Origin: Candidatus Parcubacteria bacterium
Lineage (GTDB): Bacteria > Patescibacteriota > Patescibacteriia > CAIXNZ01
Assembly: GCA_026395755.1 (NCBI GenBank)
Contig: JAPLYC010000075.1
Span: 1-59,646, forward strand
Reading direction: 5' to 3'
DNA: 59,646 bases
Numbering within the stretch: the first letter of the stretch is position 1; every line of letters starts with the position of its first letter. This document shows positions 35,131-44,809 of this stretch, piece after piece. The notes below the pieces were generated by a model. That model ran no database searches and was not told the origin of the DNA. It saw only the letters and a program-made list of their open reading frames with translations. A program made the position numbers and the translations under genes.

Positions 35131-36009
35131 ATGGAAGCAGTAAAATTTGTGATGAACAACCAGGAACCCAGAGATTTCAGTCTTTTAGACCAAGAAACTC
35201 AAGCATTGGCCTCGGCTGTTTGCGGCCATAAAGTCACAGGCATGAATGTGCATTTGGCACATTTAGCCAAGAACTTGAGAAAATCAGAAACAATAGTCTG
35301 GGCCACCAAACGAGTCATGAAGAGTGAGGCGATCGGCATTAACTGGGAGCATTTACTCAATTATGTTGTTGAAGATTGCCTCAAACCGTTCCACGAAGAA
35401 ACCTACTGGCATCTCAAGCGTATGCACCGGATCATGACAGAACAGTTCAAATTGCTAGAGCATCAAAAGCCTGAACAATTGGATGACTTTGGCTGTCAGG
35501 ACTTTCGCACCATGGAGCATTTTGAACTGACGTCCAGTGATCAGCAAAATCTAAAATGGGCAGCAGCTTTTCATGATTTGGGGCGCATGTGCTACCCGGT
35601 TTCTTTCTGGAACACCAAAGGTGCGTTCTCCCTCAAACAAAGAAAACAGCTTGATTTCCACGCTCGTAATTTCTATTTTTTGGGGGAAATGCTCAATGTT
35701 TACCAGGAAGTCATCGCCTTGTCTGTTCTACACCATTGGCCCAACAAAGGGTATCCTGATAACGGCATCATTGCCAGATTGCGTCCTTTTTTGGACCAGC
35801 CTAAATTTCAGTATACGCTGAACTGGCTGGTTACCAACGATGTTTACGGCGGTGCCACTGACAGGCGTAGTTACCGTGATCATGCTTGGTCTCACGAACA
35901 AGTGATTATAGAGACAATGCCTAAAGAAATGGCTCGTGTTGGTCTGGGTTGGGTGCCTTTTATTCAGGCGTTGAAGCAACCTGGCCAGGGAGTCGTTTGC
36001 CCCGCTTAA
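35131..36009 (+). CDS. Divergent HD-GYP/HD-domain phosphohydrolase
   Basis: AAAFHDLGR; LHHW..KGYPD; NDVY.GAT.RRSYR. Confidence 0.7.
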   Translation: MEAVKFVMNNQEPRDFSLLDQETQALASAVCGHKVTGMNVHLAHLAKNLRKSETIVWATKRVMKSEAIGINWEHLLNYVVEDCLKPFHEETYWHLKRMHRIMTEQFKLLEHQKPEQLDDFGCQDFRTMEHFELTSSDQQNLKWAAAFHDLGRMCYPVSFWNTKGAFSLKQRKQLDFHARNFYFLGEMLNVYQEVIALSVLHHWPNKGYPDNGIIARLRPFLDQPKFQYTLNWLVTNDVYGGATDRRSYRDHAWSHEQVIIETMPKEMARVGLGWVPFIQALKQPGQGVVCPA

Positions 36010-36129
36010 CCCGTTAAGGGCCCTTCCTGCTCGGACTTTAAAGTCTGAGAGGAGAGGGCCCTTGACTTTCTTTTTAAATTAAGTTAAGTTATATATAGTT
36101 TTAAAGAGATTTGGAACCTTTTTTATTTT

Positions 36130-36453
36130 ATGAAGAATTTAAAGAGAATATTGGACCTGATTCGAAAAACAGGCGATAAATACATATTTGAAGATGATAA
36201 TGGTGGTATTTTTGTGGTGTTAGCATTGGATGATTATGAAAATTATATATTTAAGAATAATCAGCTGAAAAACTTGTCTGAAGAGGAGCTTTTAAACAAA
36301 ATTAATAAGGATATTGCCATCTGGAAATCATCTCAGGAAGATAAGATTGTTGACCAATCTTGGCAAGATTTACCAGTTGAAGAAAGTAAAAAAAAGGAGG
36401 AAGGTGAAGAAGAAGATCGTTATTATTTTGAGCCTGAAGAAGATGAAGATTAA
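36130..36453 (+). CDS. Acidic hypothetical protein upstream of tuf
   Basis: L..KTGDK...; LSEEELLNKINKDIAIWK; RYYFEP. Confidence 0.7.
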   Translation: MKNLKRILDLIRKTGDKYIFEDDNGGIFVVLALDDYENYIFKNNQLKNLSEEELLNKINKDIAIWKSSQEDKIVDQSWQDLPVEESKKKEEGEEEDRYYFEPEEDED

Positions 36454-36586
36454 AAAGACTTGCCAAATGTATAAATTGTGCTATAATTAGAGATGCATTT
36501 AATTAATAAATAATTCAAATTAGGGGAGCGGCTGGATAAAACTCTGCCTCACTATGGTTAGAGGCCGACTCCAAGGAACTAAAAAA

Positions 36587-37777
36587 ATGGCAGCAGAAAA
36601 ATTCGATCGATCAAAGCCCCATGTTAATGTCGGGACAATAGGCCATGTTGATCATGGTAAAACCACTTTAACAGCGGCGATTTTAAATTTTATAAATTCC
36701 AAGGGCGGTAAAGCCCAGCAAAAAAGCGTTGACCAAATTGATGCAGCCCCGGAAGAAAAGGAACGCGGTATTACTATTGCTACTGCTCATGTGGAATATG
36801 AAACGGAAAAGAGGCATTATGCTCACGTGGATTGTCCTGGTCATGCCGATTACATTAAAAATATGATTACCGGCGCAGCTCAGATGGACGGCGCAATTTT
36901 GGTGGTTGCCGCTACTGATGGCCCTATGCCTCAGACTCGCGAGCACATTTTATTGGCCTATCAGGTTGGTGTGCCTTCAATTGTTGTTTTCTTAAATAAA
37001 TGCGATCAGGTTTCTGATCCAGAATTGATTAATCTGGTTGAAGAAGAAATTCGAGAACTATTAAAGAAATATAAATATCCAGGCGATGAAACTCCTATTA
37101 TCCGCGGTTCAGCCTTAAAAGCGCTGGAAGATCCCAAGGGTGAATCCGGTCAATGCATACAGCAGCTTTTAGACGCCTTAGACAGCTATATTCCGGAGCC
37201 AGTCAGACAGACTGATAAGCCATTTTTAATGCCGATTGAAGATGTTTTTTCAATTGAAGGACGCGGTACAGTTGTTACTGGCAGAATTGAAAGAGGCCTG
37301 ATAAAAGTAACTGATGAAGTGGAAATAGTTGGCCTTACGGCTACTCAAAAAACAGTAGTTACTGGTATTGAAATGTTTAATAAATCATTAGATGAAGGTC
37401 GCGCGGGTGATAATGCCGGCATTTTATTGCGTGGTACCAAGAAAGAAGATGTGCAAAGAGGTCAGGTTATAGCCAAACCAGGCTCGATTACGCCTCACAC
37501 TGAATTTGAAGGTGAAACATATATTTTGACCAAAGAAGAAGGTGGCCGACACAAACCATTTTTCAAAGGTTATAAACCACAGTTTTATATTCGTACTACT
37601 GATGTAACCGGAGAAGTTGAAATTTTAGGCGGCGCAGAAATGGTTATGCCAGGCGATACCATTCAATTAAAAGTAAAATTAATCGCTCCGGTTGCTCTTG
37701 AAGAAAAAATGAAATTTGCCATTAGAGAAGGCGGCAAAACCGTTGGTGCTGGCGTGATTACTAAAATTATCGCGTAA
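36587..37777 (+). CDS. tuf: Elongation factor Tu
   Basis: [26 protein letters not shown]; start moved to ATG 36587. Confidence 0.99.
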   Translation: MAAEKFDRSKPHVNVGTIGHVDHGKTTLTAAILNFINSKGGKAQQKSVDQIDAAPEEKERGITIATAHVEYETEKRHYAHVDCPGHADYIKNMITGAAQMDGAILVVAATDGPMPQTREHILLAYQVGVPSIVVFLNKCDQVSDPELINLVEEEIRELLKKYKYPGDETPIIRGSALKALEDPKGESGQCIQQLLDALDSYIPEPVRQTDKPFLMPIEDVFSIEGRGTVVTGRIERGLIKVTDEVEIVGLTATQKTVVTGIEMFNKSLDEGRAGDNAGILLRGTKKEDVQRGQVIAKPGSITPHTEFEGETYILTKEEGGRHKPFFKGYKPQFYIRTTDVTGEVEILGGAEMVMPGDTIQLKVKLIAPVALEEKMKFAIREGGKTVGAGVITKIIA

Positions 37778-37868
37778 TTATAAGGATAAAACCCCGTTCC
37801 CGCGTTGTGGGAGCGGGATTTTATTCCGGAGCTAAGCGTTACCTTAAAAATAATTAATATAAATTTTC

Positions 37869-38216
37869 ATGCCCAAGATTAAGATGGAAAAGCCCAAAGA
37901 AACAAAAGAAGAAAAGCAAAAGATTAGGATCAAAATTAGAGCGTATGATCATAAAATCATTGATCAGTCTGTCCGGACTATTTTGGACACCGCAATCAGA
38001 ACAGGCGCTCAGATTTCCGGTCCCATCCCGCTGCCGGTTGAAAAGAAAAAATACACTGTTTTAAGTTCGACTTTTGTTCATAAAAATGCCCGCGATCAGT
38101 ATGAAATGCGCATTCATAAGCGTTTAATTGATATTATTGAACCGACTGCCGCGACCGTGGAAGCTTTGACGAGTTTAAACTTGCCAGCAGGGGTTGATGT
38201 GGAAATCAAGATGTAA
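37869..38216 (+). CDS. rpsJ: 30S ribosomal protein S10
   Basis: [36 protein letters not shown]. Confidence 0.98.
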   Translation: MPKIKMEKPKETKEEKQKIRIKIRAYDHKIIDQSVRTILDTAIRTGAQISGPIPLPVEKKKYTVLSSTFVHKNARDQYEMRIHKRLIDIIEPTAATVEALTSLNLPAGVDVEIKM

Positions 38217-38219
38217 AAT

Positions 38220-38553
38220 TTGACATAATTTCCAGATTTAGCTAAAATGGGAGCAACCTTATCAATTACTGATTTTTAAAAAATTAGCTTTGAAATTTGT
38301 AAAGAAAGCTTCTTTCCGCTCGTTTAGGCCGAAGCCTAGCGGTGCAGTAAGAAAAACCTTTATATTTTTCTAAAGTTAGCAAAGGAGAGATAACCATTTT
38401 CAACAATTAAGTCCAGAGCAAAAGCAATAAATACTAGTTTTTTTAGTATTTAAATCTGGATGTGAAGACCAGATTTTTTATTTCTCAAGAAAATGGTTAA
38501 TGTCTTTTGGTAAATATTTAAATGTTAAAAATCGGTCAGATTTATCATAAAAT
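38220..38553 (+). promoter_or_regulatory. Internal promoter and about 300-nt structured leader of rplC
   Basis: TTGACA-17-TAAAAT (38220-38248); stems CCGCT..TAGGC-CGAA-GCCTA-GCGG, TAACCATTTTC/GAAAATGGTTA and AAATCTGG/CCAGATTT. Confidence 0.5.
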
Positions 38554-39294
38554 ATGAAGTTTATCTTAGGAAAAAAAATAGCAATGAGTCAGAAGTTTAA
38601 GGCTGACGGCCAAGTAGTCCCTGTCACAATAGTGCAGGCTGGACCTTGTTTTGTTGCTCAAGTAAAAAAAGAGGATAAAGACGGCTATTTAGCGGTACAA
38701 ATTGGTTATGCCACCAAAAAAAAATTAAATAAGCCAATAAGCGGTCATTTGAAAGATTTAGATAAAGCCCGTTATTTGCGTGAATTTAGAGTAGCCAATG
38801 ATCAGGTTGTCCCAGAAAGAGGCCAAAAAATCACAGCGGCCATTTTTCAGGCAGGTGACTTGATTGCTGCTACGGCAAATTCTAAAGGTAAAGGTTTTCA
38901 GGGCGTAGTCAAAAGACACGGCTTTAAGGGCGGTCCTAAAACTCATGGCGATAAAGATCAATTAAGACACGGCGGATCTATTGGTGCGCAAAGGCCGCAA
39001 CGCGTATTGAAAAACAAAAGAATGGCTGGACGCATGGGTAATGATCAGGTAACCGTTAAAAATTTGGAGATTATTGAAGTTGATATTGCCAATAATTTAT
39101 TATTTTTAAAAGGCGCAGTGCCTGGCTGCCGTAATGCCTTAGTCAGGATTACAGCTCCTGGCGAAATGAAATTAGAGGAAGTAATTAAAGAAGAATCAAA
39201 ATCCGGGGGAGCAACGCCTGAAGTAAAAGTTGAAGAAATGGTTACTAATAAAAATAAGAATGAGCAGGTGGCTCAGGCTGAAAGCAAACAATAA
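38554..39294 (+). CDS. rplC: 50S ribosomal protein L3
   Basis: GKK..MSQ; SKGKGFQGVVKRHGF; MAGRMG; KGAVPG. Confidence 0.97.
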   Translation: MKFILGKKIAMSQKFKADGQVVPVTIVQAGPCFVAQVKKEDKDGYLAVQIGYATKKKLNKPISGHLKDLDKARYLREFRVANDQVVPERGQKITAAIFQAGDLIAATANSKGKGFQGVVKRHGFKGGPKTHGDKDQLRHGGSIGAQRPQRVLKNKRMAGRMGNDQVTVKNLEIIEVDIANNLLFLKGAVPGCRNALVRITAPGEMKLEEVIKEESKSGGATPEVKVEEMVTNKNKNEQVAQAESKQ

Positions 39295-39309
39295 GCTAAT
39301 TTTTTTTAT

Positions 39310-39942
39310 ATGTTGAAAGTTAAAGTTTACAATATAGAAGGCAAAGAAGTGGAAGAATTGAAGCTTGATTCTGATGTTTTTGGCGTAGAAATTAATTCTG
39401 CTTTGGTTCATCAGGTGGTTGAGGCTCAAAGAGCTAATGCCCGTTTGACCTTGGCTCACACTAAAACCAAGGGTGAAGTCAGAGGCGGCGGCCGCAAACC
39501 GTGGAGACAAAAAGGTACGGGCCGAGCCAGGCATGGTTCTACTAGATCACCGTTATGGATAGGCGGCGGTGTTACTTTTGGTCCGCGTACAGACAGAAAT
39601 TACAGCCAAAAGATTAATAAAAAAATGAAAAAACGAGCCCTGTATATGGGGCTAAGCGATAAAGTTAATGAAAATCAGATGTTTGTGGTTGATAAACTGG
39701 AATTGCCGGAAATTAAAACGCAAAAATTGGTAAAAATTTTAACTAAATTGCCGGGTAAAGAAGCAAAATCAACTTTAATCGTGTTGGCAGCTAATGATAA
39801 AAATATAATTAAGTCAGCTCAGAATTTACCCAAGGTTAAGACGATATTAGCGGATAGTTTAAATATTTTAGATATCTTGCAGTATAAATATTTATTGGTT
39901 GACAAAGAAGGCATTAAAAAAATAATTACCACCTATAAATAA
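39310..39942 (+). CDS. rplD: 50S ribosomal protein L4
   Basis: TKGEVRGGGRKPWRQKGTGRARHGS.RSP. Confidence 0.98.
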   Translation: MLKVKVYNIEGKEVEELKLDSDVFGVEINSALVHQVVEAQRANARLTLAHTKTKGEVRGGGRKPWRQKGTGRARHGSTRSPLWIGGGVTFGPRTDRNYSQKINKKMKKRALYMGLSDKVNENQMFVVDKLELPEIKTQKLVKILTKLPGKEAKSTLIVLAANDKNIIKSAQNLPKVKTILADSLNILDILQYKYLLVDKEGIKKIITTYK

Positions 39943-39950
39943 TAAAATAT

Positions 39951-40430
39951 ATGGGAATTTTAGATAGGTTTTTAAAAAAGCCAAAACCTGAAACCAAGAG
40001 GAAAATTGAAAAAAAGCCTGAAGTTAAAGAAGTAAAGGTTGCGTCGGCAAAAGAGAAGCTTTCCACTTTAAGGCTAAAGAGCGAGGAAGGCAAGCCAGAA
40101 GAAAATAAAGAAATTAAGGCAAAAAAGTCAAAAAAGGTTGAGACTGATTTGGCTTTTAAAATTTTAATTAAGCCTTTAATTACCGAAAAGGCCACAGCCC
40201 TGGTTAGTCAGAATAAATATGCTTTTAAAGTTGCTCCAAGGGCAAATAAAGTTAATATTAAAAAAGCCATTAGCAATTTATACGGAGTCGAGCCATTGGC
40301 AGTTAATATTATTAATGAAAGAGGCAAGAGAGTCACTTATGGCCGCATTCGTGGTAAAAAGAGCAATTGGAAAAAAGCCATTGTAACTTTAAAACCGGGC
40401 GATAAGATTGAAATTTACGAAGGAGTCTAA
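39951..40430 (+). CDS. rplW: 50S ribosomal protein L23 with about 65-aa N-terminal extension
   Basis: PLITEKA; NKY.F.V; WKKAIVTL. Confidence 0.96.
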   Translation: MGILDRFLKKPKPETKRKIEKKPEVKEVKVASAKEKLSTLRLKSEEGKPEENKEIKAKKSKKVETDLAFKILIKPLITEKATALVSQNKYAFKVAPRANKVNIKKAISNLYGVEPLAVNIINERGKRVTYGRIRGKKSNWKKAIVTLKPGDKIEIYEGV

Positions 40431-40493
40431 AATTAATTATCAATTATCAATTTACAATTATTGAAAATTGCACATTGTAAATTGTAAAATTTA
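40431..40493. repeat. Empty inverted heptamer-repeat element
   Basis: AATTATC AATTATC AATTTAC AATT / TTGAAAATTGCACATTGTAAATTGTAAAATT. Confidence 0.7.
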
Positions 40494-40498
40494 TATAT

Positions 40499-41350
40499 AT
40501 GGGAGTAAAAATTTACAAACCACTAACAGCCGGAAGACGAGGAGCTAGCGGCGATGATTATAAGGATCTGACTGCCTCAAAACCCTGGAAAGGCTTGATC
40601 ACTATTAAAAAGAAATCTGGTGGTCGTAATGCCCAGGGCAAGATTACGGTAAGACATATTGGCGGCGGACAGAAGCAATATATCAGATTAATTGATTTTA
40701 AGAGAGATAAATTTGATGTGCCGGCAGTGGTAAAGACAATTGAATATGATCCTAACCGCAATGCAAGAATTGCCCTGGTTTTATATACTGATGGTGAAAA
40801 AAGATATATTGTTGCTCCTGGGGAATTAAGAGTTGGCGATCAGATTGTTTCGTATAAGGAAAAAACCCCGGAAATCAAAGCTGGCAATGCCATGGCTTTA
40901 GAAAAAATTCCGGTTGGTTCCATGATTTACAATATTGAATTAACGCCAGGCAAGGGCGGACAAATGGTTCGCAGTGCAGGTAATAGTGCCCAGTTAATGG
41001 CAGTTGAGGGTGATTATGCTACTATTAAATTGCCTTCCGGTGAAATGCGCAAAGTTTTAAAAGGCTGTCTGGCTGTATTAGGTACTGTCAGTAACCCGGA
41101 AATAATGAATATCCGTTTGGGTAAAGCGGGTCGCACCAGACACAAGGGTATCAGACCGACGGTAAGGGGCAAGGCCATGAATCCGGTTGATCATCCTCAT
41201 GGTGGCGGTGAGGGCAAACATCCCATTGGCTTAAAATTCCCCAAAACAAAATGGGGTAAGCATGCCTTGGGAGTTAGAACCAGAAAACCAAATAAATTTT
41301 CAGATAACTTAATTATTATCAGAAAAAACAAACAAAAATTAGCAGGCTAA
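40499..41350 (+). CDS. rplB: 50S ribosomal protein L2
   Basis: [37 protein letters not shown]. Confidence 0.98.
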   Translation: MGVKIYKPLTAGRRGASGDDYKDLTASKPWKGLITIKKKSGGRNAQGKITVRHIGGGQKQYIRLIDFKRDKFDVPAVVKTIEYDPNRNARIALVLYTDGEKRYIVAPGELRVGDQIVSYKEKTPEIKAGNAMALEKIPVGSMIYNIELTPGKGGQMVRSAGNSAQLMAVEGDYATIKLPSGEMRKVLKGCLAVLGTVSNPEIMNIRLGKAGRTRHKGIRPTVRGKAMNPVDHPHGGGEGKHPIGLKFPKTKWGKHALGVRTRKPNKFSDNLIIIRKNKQKLAG

Positions 41351-41377
41351 GGTAAATTAAGAATAATAACAATAATT

Positions 41378-41677
41378 ATGTCTAGAAGTTTAAAAAAAGG
41401 GCCATATATTAATGAAAAATTGCTGAAAAAAATTTCGCAATTGAAGGCAGGCGATAAAACAGTGATTAAAACCTGGGATCGCGCCTCTACAATTACGCCA
41501 GAAATGGTTGGTTTTAAAATTGGCGTTTACAATGGCAGAGAACATATTGTCGTGGATATTATTGAAAATATGGTCGGCCATAAATTGGGAGAATTTTCCT
41601 TAACCAGAAAATTTGTGGTCCATGGCGGCAAAATGGCCAAAGATCAGCAAAAGGGCCCAGAAGAAGTTAAAAAGTAA
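41378..41677 (+). CDS. rpsS: 30S ribosomal protein S19
   Basis: [18 protein letters not shown]. Confidence 0.98.
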   Translation: MSRSLKKGPYINEKLLKKISQLKAGDKTVIKTWDRASTITPEMVGFKIGVYNGREHIVVDIIENMVGHKLGEFSLTRKFVVHGGKMAKDQQKGPEEVKK

Positions 41678-41696
41678 TCATTTAATTATTTGAAAT

Positions 41697-42296
41697 ATGC
41701 AAGTAATAGCAAAATTAAATTATTTACGGATGTCCCCGAAGAAGCTTAGATTAATTGCTGATATTATCCGTGGTATGAAAGTTGAGGCAGCTTTAACTCA
41801 GCTGGCTTTTATAAATAAACTGGCTACCAGACCGGTGATTAAGCTTTTGGATTCTGCTATCAGCAATGCGGAAAACAATTTTAATTTAAAAAGAGATAAT
41901 CTATTTGTAAAGGAAATTAAAGTTGATATGGCTGGTATGTTAAAAAGATGGCAGTACAAGGCTCATGGACGGGCAACACCTTTAAGGAAGAGAAATGCCC
42001 ATATCTTATTGATTTTAGATGAATTAGTGCCGACTAAAGTTAAAGCTAAAAAAGTCAAAGCTGAAAAGCCGGTTAAGGTAAAATCACTGGAAAAACTTAA
42101 AGAAAAAGCCGCTCCGGAAAAGCTCAAATTGCCCGAAGAAGAAAAGATTACCAGGGAACATGAAAAAGAGACTGAAGAACAGCCTTTTGACGTGAGATTG
42201 GAAGGCAAGCATAGACATAAACAGCATGAAGATAAAAGAAACATGAAGGGCGATAAGGGATTTATTAAAAAAATATTTAATCGTAAGTCGGGCTAA
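41697..42296 (+). CDS. rplV: 50S ribosomal protein L22 with about 90-aa C-terminal extension
   Basis: RMSPKKLRLIADIIRG; SAISNAENN; AHGRA. Confidence 0.96.
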   Translation: MQVIAKLNYLRMSPKKLRLIADIIRGMKVEAALTQLAFINKLATRPVIKLLDSAISNAENNFNLKRDNLFVKEIKVDMAGMLKRWQYKAHGRATPLRKRNAHILLILDELVPTKVKAKKVKAEKPVKVKSLEKLKEKAAPEKLKLPEEEKITREHEKETEEQPFDVRLEGKHRHKQHEDKRNMKGDKGFIKKIFNRKSG

Positions 42297-42310
42297 TAAA
42301 ATAATTTGAG

Positions 42311-42395
42311 ATTCAAAATTAAAAATTAAAAGTTGCAATGTAAAATTTAAAATTATTAATTGTAATTATAAATTTTGAACTTTGAACTTTTAATT
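42311..42395. repeat. Empty inverted heptamer-repeat element (TCAAAAT / TTTTGAA type)
   Basis: TTCAAAATTAAAAATTAAAAGTTGCAA ... TTGTAATT...TTTTGAACTTTGAACTTTTAATT. Confidence 0.55.
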
Positions 42396-42403
42396 CCTAT
42401 ACT

Positions 42404-43063
42404 ATGGGACATAAAGTTAATCCAAGAGCAATCAGAATAACTATTAATAAAGGTTGGGATTCTAAGTGGTTTTCCCGCCATAATTTTGGTGCTTTATTGC
42501 ATCAGGATGTAGCAATTCGAAAATTTCTTAAAGTCAAGCTGAAAGATGCTGGAGTGGCTAAAATTGAAATTGAACGTTCTGCTGAAAATTTAAATGTTAT
42601 AATTTTCGCGGTAAAACCGGGTATAATTATCGGTCGTTCCGGTGTCGGCATTGAAGACTTAAAAGCGGCATTAAAGAAAAATATTTTAAATAAAGAAATT
42701 ACCAAGGTACCCGGCAAGGTGACTTTGAATATTAATATAATGGAAGTTGACAAGCCGAACCTAAATGCGCAGATAGTGGTTGATAATATTATTCTTGATT
42801 TGGAAAAAAGAATTCCTTTTAGACGCTCCATGAAGCAGGCAATCAGCAGAGTAATGCGCGCTGGCGCCAAGGGTGTTAAGGTAATGGTTTCTGGTCGTTT
42901 AAATGGCGCTGAAATTGCCAGACGAGAATCATTAACTGAAGGTGAAGTGCCATTGCATACTTTACGAGCCGATATTGATTATACTCCGGGTTATGCTCAG
43001 ACAATTTATGGAAAAATCGGGGTTAAAGTCTGGATTTATAAAGGGGAAGTTTTTAATAAATAA
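42404..43063 (+). CDS. rpsC: 30S ribosomal protein S3
   Basis: [29 protein letters not shown]. Confidence 0.98.
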   Translation: MGHKVNPRAIRITINKGWDSKWFSRHNFGALLHQDVAIRKFLKVKLKDAGVAKIEIERSAENLNVIIFAVKPGIIIGRSGVGIEDLKAALKKNILNKEITKVPGKVTLNINIMEVDKPNLNAQIVVDNIILDLEKRIPFRRSMKQAISRVMRAGAKGVKVMVSGRLNGAEIARRESLTEGEVPLHTLRADIDYTPGYAQTIYGKIGVKVWIYKGEVFNK

Positions 43064-43080
43064 ACAGTAGGAAATTTTAT

Positions 43081-43491
43081 ATGTTAATGCCCAAAAAAGT
43101 AAAACATCGCAAATGGCATAAAGGCCGCAAGCGTAATCAAGGAGTTAGTACCACCAGAACCGAACTGAATTTTGGCAGTTATGGCTTAAAAGCCCTGACA
43201 CATGCTTGGATTACTGCCAGGCAGATTGAGGCTACCAGACGGGCATTGACTCATTATTTAAAGCGTGGCGGTAAAATTTGGATTAGAGTATTTCCCGATA
43301 AACCGGTTACTAAAAAGGGTGCAGAGGTGCCAATGGGCGGAGGTAAAGGAGCACCGGATCATTTTGTGGCCGTTATCAAGCCAGGTACTATATTATTCGA
43401 AATGGAAGGTGTCCCCTTGGATAAAGCGCGGGAAGCTATGCGTTTAGCCAGCTTTAAATTACCAGTTAAAACTAAATTTTTAAGCAAATAA
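43081..43491 (+). CDS. rplP: 50S ribosomal protein L16
   Basis: [27 protein letters not shown]. Confidence 0.98.
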   Translation: MLMPKKVKHRKWHKGRKRNQGVSTTRTELNFGSYGLKALTHAWITARQIEATRRALTHYLKRGGKIWIRVFPDKPVTKKGAEVPMGGGKGAPDHFVAVIKPGTILFEMEGVPLDKAREAMRLASFKLPVKTKFLSK

Positions 43492-43498
43492 TAATTAT

Positions 43499-43708
43499 AT
43501 GAAAGCTAAAGAAGAATTGAAAGAATTAAAGTTAAAATCAGTCAGCGACTTGCAGAAACTTTTGAATTCCAGCCGGGAAAAATTGCGAGAATTGAGATTT
43601 AAGGTGTCTCAAAGCCAGTTAAAGAATATAAGAGAGGTAAGAATTTATAAGAAAAAGATTGCTAAAATTATTACCTTGATTAATCAAAAGCCGAAAGAAG
43701 CCAAATAA
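43499..43708 (+). CDS. rpmC: 50S ribosomal protein L29
   Basis: LRELRF...QLKN.....KKKIAKI.T; operon position. Confidence 0.93.
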   Translation: MKAKEELKELKLKSVSDLQKLLNSSREKLRELRFKVSQSQLKNIREVRIYKKKIAKIITLINQKPKEAK

Positions 43709-43759
43709 TTTAACCCGCTAAAAGCGGCAGAGAGTCGCCAGCGGTGATAATAAATAACT

Positions 43760-44017
43760 ATGGAAAGCAATAAATCTAAAAAAAACACAAGAAGATTCCA
43801 GGGGATAGTAGTCAGCGATAAAATGGACAAAACTCGCGTGGTTGTGATTACCAATTTAAAATGGCATCCTAAATATAAAAAGCAGTATAAAGTCAGTAAG
43901 AAATATAAAATTCATGATGAGAAGAATCAGGCCAAAGTTGGCAATGAGGTTATTTTTCAGGAATGCCGGCCATTAAGTAAGGATAAAAGGTGGCGTTTAA
44001 TTAAAATTGTAAAGTAA
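43760..44017 (+). CDS. rpsQ: 30S ribosomal protein S17
   Basis: [28 protein letters not shown]. Confidence 0.97.
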   Translation: MESNKSKKNTRRFQGIVVSDKMDKTRVVVITNLKWHPKYKKQYKVSKKYKIHDEKNQAKVGNEVIFQECRPLSKDKRWRLIKIVK

Positions 44018-44022
44018 AATAT

Positions 44023-44394
44023 ATGGTGCAGCATCGCACAATGTTAAAATTAGCCGATAATACCGGAGCCAAAAAATTGCAGGTAATCAGGGTTTTAGGC
44101 GGTTATAAAAAAAGATATGCTCGCTTAGGAGATATCATTACTGCTACTGTTAAAGAAGCAGTGCCGCATGGTATGGTTAAAAAAAGTGAGATTGTCCATG
44201 CAGTTTTAGTGCGTACCCACAAAGAAGTCAAAAGAAAAGACGGTTCCTATATTCGTTTTGATGATAATGCGGCAGTAATAATCGACATGAAATCTAAGGA
44301 GCCGATCGGCAGCCGTATATTAGGCCCGGTAGCCAGAGAGCTGAGAGCAGGCGGATTTAATAAAATTATTTCTTTAGCTCCAGAAGTTTTATAA
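44023..44394 (+). CDS. rplN: 50S ribosomal protein L14
   Basis: [23 protein letters not shown]. Confidence 0.98.
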   Translation: MVQHRTMLKLADNTGAKKLQVIRVLGGYKKRYARLGDIITATVKEAVPHGMVKKSEIVHAVLVRTHKEVKRKDGSYIRFDDNAAVIIDMKSKEPIGSRILGPVARELRAGGFNKIISLAPEVL

Positions 44395-44417
44395 ATAATG
44401 ACCAATTGACTATATAT

Positions 44418-44774
44418 ATGATTAAAAATAATATAACCGCCTATGGCGGGAAAATCAGATCAGGCGACAGAGTCAAAGTCCTTGCTGGCAAGGATAAGGG
44501 TAAGAAAGGGAAGGTCTTACAGGTTTTAGGCGAGAAAAATCGGGCTTCTGTGGAAGGTATTAATTTAATGATCAAGCATATGCGCCCCCGAAAACAGGGT
44601 GAAAAAGGACAGAAAATAGAATTTCCGGCTCCACTTAACATTTCTAATTTATTGTTGATTTGTCCCAAATGCAATCGGTCAGTAAGAATAAAATATAAAT
44701 TTTTAGAAAAAACAGGTGATAAAAAAGCTAAAAAAGTTAGAATTTGCGGTAAATGTAAGGAGTTATTAGATTAA
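44418..44774 (+). CDS. rplX: 50S ribosomal protein L24
   Basis: KOW motif GDRVKVLAGKDKGKKG; start placed at ATG 44418. Confidence 0.95.
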   Translation: MIKNNITAYGGKIRSGDRVKVLAGKDKGKKGKVLQVLGEKNRASVEGINLMIKHMRPRKQGEKGQKIEFPAPLNISNLLLICPKCNRSVRIKYKFLEKTGDKKAKKVRICGKCKELLD

Positions 44775-44809
44775 AAGAAAATTAATCTTAGCAATATAAG
44801 CAATTACAT

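Noticed and set aside
38284..38380. SRP (4.5S) RNA
   Set aside because: A long hairpin is present, but the conserved CAGG-N-GNRA-N-AGCA helix-8 motif is not.
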